DNA from: Candidatus Moanibacter sp.
Lineage (GTDB): Bacteria > Verrucomicrobiota > Verrucomicrobiia > Opitutales > UBA2987
Direction of reading: 5' to 3'
Assembly (NCBI GenBank): GCA_965215885.1
Contig: CBDCEW010000103.1
Location: 146,638-210,637, forward strand
DNA length: 64,000 nucleotides
Shown here piece after piece: positions 50,559 to 60,176 of the stretch; position 1 is the stretch's first letter; each line of letters starts with the position of its first letter. Position numbers and translations under genes: made by a program. Under the pieces are notes generated by a model. That model was given only the letters and a program-made list of their open reading frames with translations. It did not search any database and had not been told where the DNA came from.

Positions 50559-51749
50559 ATGACGACCAACAGAACTCTAAACATCGGAATGATCGGAGGG
50601 ACCACGGGCTTCATCGCTCATGCTCACCATCGAGCAATCTTAATGGATGGAACCCGAAGAATCTCGGCGGCCGCCCTTTCATCGAATCCGGAAAGAGCGC
50701 TCAGAGCGGCATCGGAATGGCCCTATACGATAACGGGATACGAAAGCTACGACGCCATGCTCGCAGGCGAGTTGAATAAGTCGCCGGAAGAGCGAATCGA
50801 CTATGTCCTCATCGTGACCCCCAACCATGCGCATTTCGACCCAGCCCGAAAATTTCTCGAGGCCGGAATCCCGGTTTTCTGCGAAAAACCGCTTACGATC
50901 ACTGGCGACGAATCACAGGTTCTGAGCGATCTTGTCCGCAAACAACTGATTCCCTTTGGCGTGGCCCATACCTACATCGGGCACTGGACCAGCCGGCTGG
51001 CGCGACACATCGTCCGCTCCGGTTTGCTCGGCAAGATCCGATGGGTGGATGCCAGCTACCTCCAATCCTGGGTTGCGGTGCGTTCCTTGAATCCCGACTT
51101 CAAGGAAACCGCCTGGCGGATCAATCCCAAGAAATCCGGAATTTCCAATTGCGGCGGAGACATCGGTACGCACGCCTTAATGCAACTTCGGTTCGTCACT
51201 GGGCTCGAAGTTCAAAGGCTCAGCGCCTATCTGGAGACATTCATCGAAATAAACGAACCCGAGAAAGGCCATCTCGATGACCATTTTACGGCTTACTGTC
51301 AGCTGGATAACGGTGCGAAAGCGCTTGTGCGGGCCACGCAAATCGCGATCGGCCACAAGAACGATCTGCGCCTCGAAGTGAATGGGGACAGAGGCTCCCT
51401 CAGATGGGTCCAGGAAGAATCGGACAAGCTGATCATTCACCCACTGGGCGAACCGGAACGAATCTACTATCGTGGCCCGATACCCGCTAACGATGGTTTC
51501 CTGAGGGACCTACCCACGGAACTCCTCGAAGAGTGCATTCTCCCTCCCGGGCACTGCGAGGGTCTTCATGATGCCTTTGCCCGGCTGCACCGCTGCTTCG
51601 AACGCGATGTCCGCGCCTGGCATGCCGGATCCTACACCGCCACCGATGGCTCCAAATACGCCACCGTCGAAGACGGCCTGACGGGAATTCGATTTATCGA
51701 AAAAGCCGTCGAGAGCCACCAAAACGACCATGCCTGGGTGAGCTTATGA
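50559..51749 (+). CDS. Gfo/Idh/MocA oxidoreductase
   Basis: GMIGG, VTPNHAH, CEKP and GDIGTHA motifs; start likely at 50559. Confidence 0.9.
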   Translation: MTTNRTLNIGMIGGTTGFIAHAHHRAILMDGTRRISAAALSSNPERALRAASEWPYTITGYESYDAMLAGELNKSPEERIDYVLIVTPNHAHFDPARKFLEAGIPVFCEKPLTITGDESQVLSDLVRKQLIPFGVAHTYIGHWTSRLARHIVRSGLLGKIRWVDASYLQSWVAVRSLNPDFKETAWRINPKKSGISNCGGDIGTHALMQLRFVTGLEVQRLSAYLETFIEINEPEKGHLDDHFTAYCQLDNGAKALVRATQIAIGHKNDLRLEVNGDRGSLRWVQEESDKLIIHPLGEPERIYYRGPIPANDGFLRDLPTELLEECILPPGHCEGLHDAFARLHRCFERDVRAWHAGSYTATDGSKYATVEDGLTGIRFIEKAVESHQNDHAWVSL

Positions 51750-52258
51750 ACCTCGGTGGAATATGGGTGCCCCGATCGGGTAATTCCCCATCCGCGTAAG
51801 CCGCTGCCACTGGAGTCCAGAAGCCTCCCTGTAGCGTCAAAGCCAGTCCCGGACCGAAGGATGTCGTAGACTACACGAAGTCTCTTGGGTCGCTTATTTC
51901 GCTCTGCCTGATACCAGCCAGCCAAAATCTCTTCGTCGCCGACCGAAATCCATTCCAGAATTCTTCATCCAGAATTCGAACACTGATCAAAGACAGAAAG
52001 GGACGCTAAACATTCTAACTGACGAAAAGTGGAACATGCTGAGAGGCGCACCATCGGATATGAGTCCAATACGCACAAGTTAGATTTAATTCATTGAGAA
52101 ACAGTATTTTATAAGTCTATTGCCGTCTACGCATGAGTTCCTCAGACACCCTCTTTAATAGCCCAAGTGTCCAACTTTAGGCAACAGAAGCGAGGAGTAG
52201 AAGTAATCTCCGCGGTCCATGCCCTTGAATCAGCTATCCATAATATAGTGAATCGCTA

Positions 52259-52300
52259 GTACAAATCTTTATGATCCGATCGGATCATAAAGATTTGTAC
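52259..52300. repeat. Perfect 42-bp palindrome with no spacer
   Basis: GTACAAATCTTTATGATCCGA|TCGGATCATAAAGATTTGTAC. Confidence 0.92.
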
Positions 52301-52564
52301 CTTTGGGTATCGATTACAAGGTTCGGTGATCCTTCGGAAGGCTTCCTCACACGACTTCGGAATATGAGCGCTCGGCTCAATCGCCTGACCGGCTTCCATT
52401 GGAAAGGACAAAGCCGGTACTTCGAGCTGGAGGGAGAGTAGGCTTTTTCGGCTGCCAGTTCATCCCCTATTCCACTACCCCAATTGAGCCAGGGAATGCG
52501 TCCTGGTAAGCCTGGGCATCGACGCGGGCGTCGTCCTTAGTCCAAGGGTTTTACCACAGATGGC

Positions 52565-52746
52565 CTAGCCCGAACATTTCACAAACCTTCTACTACGACC
52601 ACGGATCTCACCGCGTGTCAATGCCTTCCCTTGCCCGGCGACCTCGGAGGGTCTCAACACACTGTCGCCCGCCGTGCTTCGAAAAGGCATTGACACGCAA
52701 CGATCTACGCCGTCTCGCTACGAAGTGTGTGAAATGTCCGGGCTAG
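52565..52746 (+). mobile_element. 182-bp MITE-like hairpin element, family B copy 3 (CTAG ends)
   Basis: CTAGCCCGAACATTTCACA / TGTGAAATGTCCGGGCTAG; inner perfect arm GCGTGTCAATGCCTT / AAGGCATTGACACGC. Confidence 0.85.
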
Positions 52747-53488
52747 CGCAGCGTAGCCGAAACCACAAGTGCGCTGAAAGAGGGGAAACCACGGATTCGA
52801 GAAAACCGCGGATTGAGAAAGTCAAATCCCGGCTTACCGGTGTATCTGAATTGATGCCGACTTTCATCCATACACAGAATACGACAAGGTTCGGGACGAG
52901 GTTTGCTCCGCTGACTTGCTACTGGGACTGCGGTGACTCCTCAATGGGCTCGGAACAGGCCCCGCCAAACCCGTAAATAGTGAGGACAATCATGATCGAA
53001 TAGAAAAGGTAACTCGGAATACCCTGGTAACCTTGCCTGCCTCGGCATAGCGGAGCCACGACGGGTCCCGAACCTCGTCCCGAACCTTGTCGACTCCACA
53101 GCTTTGAATACCAACAAGTTACACCCCAAAACGTTTTAAAAAACCCAGTTCTGACGGATAGTAATACGGATCAAAAGACACAGGCCTTACCATTGTCTTA
53201 ATCTGCGGCCCGTCCCGCACGCGACGTCCAGTACCGGCTCGCCATAGGTCAACCTTCCGGATTCTTGCGAATCCGGCTACAAGCATTCTGCGGTTAACTG
53301 CCTTTGGTAGCCGGATTCGCAAGAATCCGGAAAGGCGCGACGATAGCTAGACCCCGTTCGAAAAGGGTAAACACCCTCTGCTGGAGGCAATTTTGGTCCT
53401 TTCAATTGTTTCTACAAGAGGAGAAGGGGCTGTCCCCGGTAAACGTGCCTAGACATCAGGCCGCATACTCAGATAGATTCATAAGATC

Positions 53489-55684
53489 ATGGCAGAGGGA
53501 ATAAAGGTCGGAGAATTAAGAATAGACAGAGAACTTTATCAACTGATAGAGGAAGAAATTGCACCCGAAACGGGTGTCGAGCCGGAAGCATTCTGGCACG
53601 CGCTGGGCGAGATCGTTCGGGATCTCGCACAAACGAACAGGACCCTGCTGAGGAAAAGGGACCGACTTCAGGAGCAGATTGACGAGTGGCATCGAGATCG
53701 AAAAGGAGAGGCGATCGATATTGCGGAATATCGCGACTTTCTCACTGAAATCGGCTACCTGCTCCCGGAAGGTGAAGACTTTGCCATCTCCACCGAGAAC
53801 ATCGACCCCGAAATCTCGCAGATCGCCGGCCCCCAACTGGTGGTTCCGGTCGACAACGACCGCTATGCGTTGAATGCCGCCAATGCGCGCTGGGGAAGTT
53901 TATACGACGCCCTCTATGGCGCTAACCTGATACCGGAGGATGATGGCGCCGATAAGGGCACGAGTTACAATACGGTTCGTGGTGCCCACGTCGTCGGGAA
54001 GGCAAACGATTTTCTAAACCGTGCAGTCTCCCTGGCGAGCGGCAGCTATGCGGACGTCACAGACTATAGGCTCGAAGACGGGGAAAGCGGGAAGCGATTA
54101 CAAATCTCTCTGCGGGACGGCAGTCACACGGCGTTGGTCGATAATGAGCAATTCGTCGGTTATGCCCTTTCGGATAGCCTCCTGAGTTGTCTGCTTCTTC
54201 GGAACCATGGTCTCCATATTGAAATCCAGATTGACCCTCGCCATCCGGTCGGGGCCGCGCATCCGGCCGGCGTTAAGGACATCGTACTGGAATCCGCCGT
54301 CACCACGATACAGGATTGTGAAGACTCCGTGTCCGCGGTTGATGCCGAGGACAAGATCCGCGTCTACCGGAACTGGACGGGGATCATGAAGGGTTCTCTC
54401 GAGACCACCTTTGTGAAAGGTTCCGGGACGGTTCACCGGGTATTGAATCCGGATCGCACTTACAGCGCGCCTGATGGCTCCGCACTCACGCTACCCGGGC
54501 GCAGCCTCTTACTGGTGCGCAATGTCGGAATTCACATGTATACCGATGCCGTAACGACGGCAGAGGGCGATATGATTCCCGAGGGCTTTCTCGACGTCAT
54601 GGTCACCTCCCTCGCCGCCATCCATGACCTCAAGGGCAATAGCCGGTTAAGTAATTCGAAGTCCGGCAGCATCTATATCGTGAAGCCCAAACTGCATGGC
54701 ACGGAGGAAGCCGCTTTCACTGTCGAACTCTTTTCAAGCGTGGAAGACGCTCTTGGTTTGGAGCGCAACACCCTGAAGATCGGCATTATGGACGAAGAGC
54801 GGCGCACCACGTTGAACCTCAAAGCATGCATCGAGGCGGCCAAGAATCGTACCGTTTTCATTAATACAGGATTTCTGGATCGGACCGGCGACGAAATTCA
54901 CACCGGCATGGAAGCGGGTGCGATGCTTCCCAAAATGGAAATCAAGAACCAGCCATGGATACTTGCCTATGAGGATTGGAACGTCGACATCGGAATCGAA
55001 ACCGAGCTTCCGGGTAAGGCACAAATCGGCAAGGGCATGTGGACGATGCCGGACGACCTGAAGAGCATGATGGAAACAAAAGGCGCCCATCCCTGCGCCG
55101 GAGCGAATACCGCGTGGGTCCCCTCCCCAACCGCGGCGACCCTCCACGCCATGCATTACCACGAAGTAGATGTGTTTGCGACTCAACGGGAACTCGCCAC
55201 GCGGAAGCGCGCCAGTCTCGACGACATCCTTACCATTCCCCTTCTGGATCGCGATCTCTCACACGAACAGATTGAACGCGAAATCGAGAACAATGCTCAG
55301 GGAATCCTTGGCTACGTCGTGCGATGGATCGACCAGGGTATCGGGTGCTCGAAAGTTCCCGATATCAACGACCTTGCGCTCATGGAGGATCGAGCTACTC
55401 TACGTATCTCCAGCCAGCACATCGCCAATTGGCTTTATCATGGAGCGACTACACGCGAACAGGTCATCCGCATCTTTGAGAAAATGGCCGTTGTCGTCGA
55501 CGGCCAGAATTCAAGTGATCCCAATTACCGCAGCATGGCGCCCGAATTCAAATCCAGCGTCGCATTCCAAGCCGCTCTCGACCTCGTTTTCGACGGTCGC
55601 CTGGAAGCCAACGGCTACACTGAACCCGTTCTCCATCGCCGCCGCCGCGAAGTCAAGGCGGGAGCGGATCGAGTGATCTTGTAA
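53489..55684 (+). CDS. glcB: Malate synthase G
   Basis: [46 protein letters not shown] and [12 protein letters not shown] motifs. Confidence 0.97.
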   Translation: MAEGIKVGELRIDRELYQLIEEEIAPETGVEPEAFWHALGEIVRDLAQTNRTLLRKRDRLQEQIDEWHRDRKGEAIDIAEYRDFLTEIGYLLPEGEDFAISTENIDPEISQIAGPQLVVPVDNDRYALNAANARWGSLYDALYGANLIPEDDGADKGTSYNTVRGAHVVGKANDFLNRAVSLASGSYADVTDYRLEDGESGKRLQISLRDGSHTALVDNEQFVGYALSDSLLSCLLLRNHGLHIEIQIDPRHPVGAAHPAGVKDIVLESAVTTIQDCEDSVSAVDAEDKIRVYRNWTGIMKGSLETTFVKGSGTVHRVLNPDRTYSAPDGSALTLPGRSLLLVRNVGIHMYTDAVTTAEGDMIPEGFLDVMVTSLAAIHDLKGNSRLSNSKSGSIYIVKPKLHGTEEAAFTVELFSSVEDALGLERNTLKIGIMDEERRTTLNLKACIEAAKNRTVFINTGFLDRTGDEIHTGMEAGAMLPKMEIKNQPWILAYEDWNVDIGIETELPGKAQIGKGMWTMPDDLKSMMETKGAHPCAGANTAWVPSPTAATLHAMHYHEVDVFATQRELATRKRASLDDILTIPLLDRDLSHEQIEREIENNAQGILGYVVRWIDQGIGCSKVPDINDLALMEDRATLRISSQHIANWLYHGATTREQVIRIFEKMAVVVDGQNSSDPNYRSMAPEFKSSVAFQAALDLVFDGRLEANGYTEPVLHRRRREVKAGADRVIL

Positions 55685-55880
55685 CCGCGTCGGCAACGAC
55701 GGGGTCTTCCTTTCCATGAAGCTATCGGGCTGATCACCGTGCCTGGAGGGCCCGGTCCACCTATAATATCCCCTTTTCGAACGGACTCTAAGACACAACT
55801 GCTCGATTCCGTTCCGATCCCGGCTTGCCGGGACCTGCAATAAGATTCTATTCTTAGGAAACTTCTCCAACGCCAAAGCC

Positions 55881-56480
55881 ATGAATGAACAGGTACTTGT
55901 TGTCGCAACTGACCATCTCAGTTCGATATTGAGGCAGGGGTTTTTTCAAGAACCTGCCGCCGAGGTATTTTCGATTATCGAATCGAAAGGAATTTTCCTG
56001 GATCGCGAAGAGGCGGAAAAGGATTCCTCTTACAAGCAGATTATTCCATACACTGTCGTCTGTTTTAGGTTACAATATCTCCTCTACAGACGCACAGAAA
56101 AGCAGGGAGAAAATCGCCTGCACAACAAAATGTCACTGGGATTCGGAGGGCACATAAACCCGGATGATAACGCAAGTGGGCGCAACACGAATCTCATCCT
56201 GTCTGGCCTGGCGCGCGAGATAAATGAGGAGGTTTTCATCCCCGGTTTCCGTGCCATTACCCATCGCGGTTTCATTTATGATGACTCGACTCCCGTTGGC
56301 TCCGTTCACTTAGGAGTGGTTTTTGAAATGGAGTCTCTTTCGAGCCAGTACAGCGTAAACGAGAAAGATATGATAGAAGCTGATTGGAGCAGTATCGAGG
56401 AGATCGCAGCTATTGAGGATCGTTTGGAAACCTGGTCGCAGTTTTACTTCAGGTCGGTCGTTGCCAAGCCTAACGAGTAA
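55881..56480 (+). CDS. NUDIX-like phosphoesterase (COG4112/YmaB-like)
   Basis: YKQIIPY, GENRLH, GFGGHIN, REINEE, VHLG and LETWS motifs. Confidence 0.8.
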   Translation: MNEQVLVVATDHLSSILRQGFFQEPAAEVFSIIESKGIFLDREEAEKDSSYKQIIPYTVVCFRLQYLLYRRTEKQGENRLHNKMSLGFGGHINPDDNASGRNTNLILSGLAREINEEVFIPGFRAITHRGFIYDDSTPVGSVHLGVVFEMESLSSQYSVNEKDMIEADWSSIEEIAAIEDRLETWSQFYFRSVVAKPNE

Positions 56481-56576
56481 AGATCCTCGGGGCAAGCCCC
56501 GAGGCATTTGAGTTTCCAGATCTCAAAATTGAAGGTACGAAGCAAGCTTCGGGGAATTGAACCCGGAGCGATTAAA
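56478..56576. repeat. CCTCGGGGCAAGCCCCGAGG hairpin element, copy 2
   Basis: Same ends as 40847-40942; its first TAA is the stop codon of the NUDIX gene. Confidence 0.85.
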
Positions 56577-56655
56577 CCTTCATTCGATGCAGATGTTGCT
56601 TCAAATGCATGGCAATTTCTCGAATTTCAGCAACCAATCTAGCGAGTTTTTCGGG

Positions 56656-57369
56656 CTAGAACTCCATCGCGCTCATCTTTTCCTCAGAGATCCTTTCGAT
56701 CTCGCCGTTGAGAATCCAGAAGACCCGGTCGGAGGTGGTGAGCATCTTCGGGTCATGAGTGGAACAGATTACGGTAACGCCCTCGTCTGTATTGAGTTGA
56801 TGAAGGAGGTTCACAATTTCCGATCCGGTCTTATTATCCAGATTGCCGGTAGGCTCATCCGCTAGAATCACGTCGGGAGCATTCGCCAGTGCCCGAGCTA
56901 TGGCCACACGCTGCTGCTGTCCGCCGGAAAGTTCAAAGGGTTTGTGATCCAACCGGTGTCCCAATCCTACCTTCTCGAGAATCTCTTCGCCTCGCCTATC
57001 CGCCTCACTGGCATCGGTCCCTCGAAATACCATGGGCAGGGTAACATTCTGAAGTGCACTCATTACCGGTACCAGATTGAAAGTCTGAAAGATGTATCCA
57101 ATCCGGTTGCAACGGAACCAGGCCTGCTGGCTCTCGGACAAGTCGAACACGGACTCGCCATCGAAGATTACGCGGCCTTCCGTAGGAACATCGAGAGCTC
57201 CGATCTGGTTGAAGAGCGTCGACTTGCCCGAACCGGACGGACCCATGATGGAGAGAAACTCGCCGCGAAAAACATCGAGAGAAACCCCATTCAGTGCCCA
57301 GACAGTCTCTTCACCAAGCTGGTAACGCTTTTTTACCCCATGGACACTGATGAGAATGTCTCTGCTCAT
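56656..57369 (-). CDS. ABC ATPase, LolD/MacB type
   Basis: [16 protein letters not shown] and [11 protein letters not shown] motifs. Confidence 0.93.
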   Translation of the reverse strand: MSRDILISVHGVKKRYQLGEETVWALNGVSLDVFRGEFLSIMGPSGSGKSTLFNQIGALDVPTEGRVIFDGESVFDLSESQQAWFRCNRIGYIFQTFNLVPVMSALQNVTLPMVFRGTDASEADRRGEEILEKVGLGHRLDHKPFELSGGQQQRVAIARALANAPDVILADEPTGNLDNKTGSEIVNLLHQLNTDEGVTVICSTHDPKMLTTSDRVFWILNGEIERISEEKMSAMEF

Positions 57370-57471
57370 ATTCGTCCTCCTTCCACGAGTCTCAGGTTCA
57401 TTTTCTTGCTTCTAGTCCAGGCAAGCCGGATTGAATAAATATAGAATAAGTCCGATCCAGGCTTGCCGGGA

Positions 57472-57885
57472 CTAGCCCTCTTTCCTCGTCACCTTAAGGA
57501 GAATGAGCCCGCGTTCCATCAATGCTTTGGTGAATTTTACTGTTGCCCCTCGACTCTGTTGCCTACTGAGTCGAAAGTGCCGGCGAAGCTTCTTCTCAAT
57601 CCGAGCCAGATCCTTGCGACCATCGATCTGACGCCAATAAAAGCTTCCCATCTTATCCAGATTCGCCCTCACCGCTCGCTCGAATCCAAATTTCCTGGCA
57701 AGTACACCCGCAAGTCCCGATTTCTTCTTCGACGTCCTCCTCACTTGAAGGTGTTCCTGTCCATCCTGACGCGCCTCGACACCCGGTGCGATAACAGGAA
57801 CCGCATCAAAGGGGTCGTTCACTTCTGATCGAGAACCCTTTCCAACCTCGTCACTGTCTATTGTCGCCATCCCAGGAAACCTCAA
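57472..57885 (-). CDS. PqqD/RRE-family winged-helix protein
   Basis: LDKMGSFYWRQIDG...I...L...F...V.F...L.ERGLI pattern typical of PqqD-like domains. Confidence 0.65.
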   Translation of the reverse strand: MRFPGMATIDSDEVGKGSRSEVNDPFDAVPVIAPGVEARQDGQEHLQVRRTSKKKSGLAGVLARKFGFERAVRANLDKMGSFYWRQIDGRKDLARIEKKLRRHFRLSRQQSRGATVKFTKALMERGLILLKVTRKEG

Positions 57886-57914
57886 CGCCTACAAGAATTC
57901 GACGCAGTCGAATT

Positions 57915-58691
57915 CTAATGAAACTCCTTATCTTCAAAATCAATCTCATCCGGATGCGTCGATTTTACGATGCGGCCGTCTTCAATCCAGAGAATGCGAT
58001 CGGATCTTCGCAACATTTTCTGGTCGTGGGTAGCTGAGACTATGGTGACCGAAAGGTTCTCCTTCAAGGCAGAGAGAAGCTCGATCATTTCCTCGCCCGT
58101 ATCCTGATCCAGGTTTCCGGTGGGCTCGTCCGCCAATATAATCTCCGGATCGTTGGCGAGAGCCCGCGCAATGGCCACTCGCTGCTGCTGCCCTCCGCTC
58201 AATTCGGCAGGTTTGTGCAGAATACGATGTTCCAACCCGACCATTTTCAGTATGTGGATACCCTTTTCCCGAGCGAGTTCCCCTTCCGTCCCCGCAAAAC
58301 TCATTGGTAGAGTAACGTTTTCCAGGCATGTCATAACCGGAATGAGGTTAAACGTCTGGAAGATATAGCCAATCTTACGACAACGCAGCCAGGCCAGTTC
58401 GTTGTGATCGAGCTGGGCGATGTCGACCTGGTCGATGTAGACTTTACCTGAGGTTGGCTTCTGTAGCGCCCCTATCATGTTAAAGAGAGTCGTCTTGCCG
58501 GAACCCGACGGTCCCATAATGGAAAGGTACTCCCCTTTCTCGATGTCGAGCGTGGCCCCCCTCAAGGCGTGCACCTCATTTTTTCCCATCTGGTAGATTT
58601 TTTTGATATCCACGCCCCGAATAACGCGAGGAACGTCCTCCTGTGCCGAAGGATTCAGAAGCTCTTCAAGTCTCTCGGCATCAATTTGCAT
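57915..58691 (-). CDS. ABC ATPase, LolD/MacB type
   Basis: [16 protein letters not shown] and [11 protein letters not shown] motifs. Confidence 0.93.
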   Translation of the reverse strand: MQIDAERLEELLNPSAQEDVPRVIRGVDIKKIYQMGKNEVHALRGATLDIEKGEYLSIMGPSGSGKTTLFNMIGALQKPTSGKVYIDQVDIAQLDHNELAWLRCRKIGYIFQTFNLIPVMTCLENVTLPMSFAGTEGELAREKGIHILKMVGLEHRILHKPAELSGGQQQRVAIARALANDPEIILADEPTGNLDQDTGEEMIELLSALKENLSVTIVSATHDQKMLRRSDRILWIEDGRIVKSTHPDEIDFEDKEFH

Positions 58692-58809
58692 AAGAATCTA
58701 AAGCACCCAGAGGCCGAAAAATAACTGGGAATTCTGCTCGTGCAGAAGAAAATTGAACAGAAGGCAACAGAGAAAAACGGAGAGAAAAATCTCTAGCTGC
58801 CTGATTGGC

Positions 58810-58991
58810 TAGAAAGCAGGAAGGAGTCGACTTCGCCTCGCGCGGAGCGCGGATAAAACGGTCATAAGAGCATCTGCGAGAGCCCGGCGGGATTTTGGGG
58901 CTCATGTTTCTGCTCTCGCAGATGCACTTTTGACCGTTTTTTACTCTGCTGTAGAGTAGAGCAGGCGAAGTCGATTCCTTCCTGCTTTCTA
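58810..58991 (+). repeat. 182-bp structured palindromic element, family A copy 2 (flanks ~58756-59046)
   Basis: Same architecture and length as 3145-3326 with compensatory substitutions. Confidence 0.85.
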
Positions 58992-59132
58992 TAAATCCAA
59001 CTATCATTCTCCGTGGTTCTCAGTGGACCTCCGTGGCGCTCTGTGTCGCTGATTCAGTCGCGAAATTACCCTTGGTTCCCGGCACTTTTTTCATAGAATC
59101 CTGGCGATTTGAATGCAAAAATCGGACCACCA

Positions 59133-60173
59133 CTACACATTACTCCTCAGTGCATCGGCCGGGACCATACGCGCAGCTACGCGAGCCGGATAGATCGCCG
59201 CCATGACCGATAGGACAATCCCCGAAAGCATGGCAAACAGCATGTAAAGCGCCAAGGCGCCCCCCTCCCCGGACACGGAGGCAAATGTCAAACCTATGCC
59301 ATAGGTTATGGTATAGGCACAGACTGAAAATCCGAAACCGAAAAGACAACCGGCAATTCCACCGACCGCCCCCATAAAGGCCGACTCAATCAGGAAGATC
59401 TTCCTAATAAACTCCGAAAGAGCGCCGAGGCATTTCATCGTTCCAATCTCCCGGAAGCGCTCAGTAACGGACATCAGCATCGCATTCGTGATCCCAATAA
59501 CCGTTACGACCAGAGAGATCGCTACAATCCAGATACTACGAAAGCGTTCCTTCTTCTGCTCCAGAAGCATGGATGCGATCTCATGTTCGCGCAACTCCCT
59601 CTCAAGTTGCACTAACGTAATCCCTTCGACAGATTCAGGATTGAAGTCGGAGCGGGAAAGAGCCACCACACGCTGCCGCGCATTTGCCACGAGTGTCTCT
59701 TGTGAGACCGAGGGCATGGTACCATCGCCCACTACCAGCACACAGCTCGCACTCTCGCCGACCTCCTCAAACGAAGTCTCCTGTGGCACCAGCCGCTTCA
59801 ACGAGAGAGCCGACACCGACGATAAGTTACCGGTCCAGTTCAAATTTTCCAGTCCTTCTTTTTCCAATTTACGAAGCAACCGCCGCTCCCTGACATTCAG
59901 ATCTCCCGTGACAACAACGCCAACAGTACGGTTCTTCGGTGTACCGAACTCGGCAGTCAGAAAACTGTACATCCGATTTACTTCCGAACGCAGATGATCC
60001 TCTTCCTTCACACCGCGGCGTAGAGCCAGGTTCGTGAGAATCGACATAAGAAAGGCGATACCGAGAACAACACCCAAAATCGTGATAACGGACCTGCCGA
60101 ATCGAATGCGCATCCCCTGCTTCACAACGCCAACCGCGATGGAGATGGGAAGTTTGGTCTGGTTCGGAATCAT
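59133..60173 (-). CDS. FtsX/MacB-like ABC permease
   Basis: NAMLMSVTERFREIGTMKCLGA; four TM helices; YPA..AARM.PADALR. Confidence 0.88.
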   Translation of the reverse strand: MIPNQTKLPISIAVGVVKQGMRIRFGRSVITILGVVLGIAFLMSILTNLALRRGVKEEDHLRSEVNRMYSFLTAEFGTPKNRTVGVVVTGDLNVRERRLLRKLEKEGLENLNWTGNLSSVSALSLKRLVPQETSFEEVGESASCVLVVGDGTMPSVSQETLVANARQRVVALSRSDFNPESVEGITLVQLERELREHEIASMLLEQKKERFRSIWIVAISLVVTVIGITNAMLMSVTERFREIGTMKCLGALSEFIRKIFLIESAFMGAVGGIAGCLFGFGFSVCAYTITYGIGLTFASVSGEGGALALYMLFAMLSGIVLSVMAAIYPARVAARMVPADALRSNV

Positions 60174-60176
60174 GCC

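Noticed and set aside
51750..53480. Intact genes or a known ncRNA in the long spacer before glcB
   Set aside because: Only short ORF fragments, repeats and possible IS-end remnants (~52130-52185); nothing supportable.
57472..57885. PQQ biosynthesis or RiPP biosynthetic cluster
   Set aside because: No pqqA/B/C/E, radical SAM, YcaO or precursor peptide nearby; kept only as an orphan RRE-like observation.
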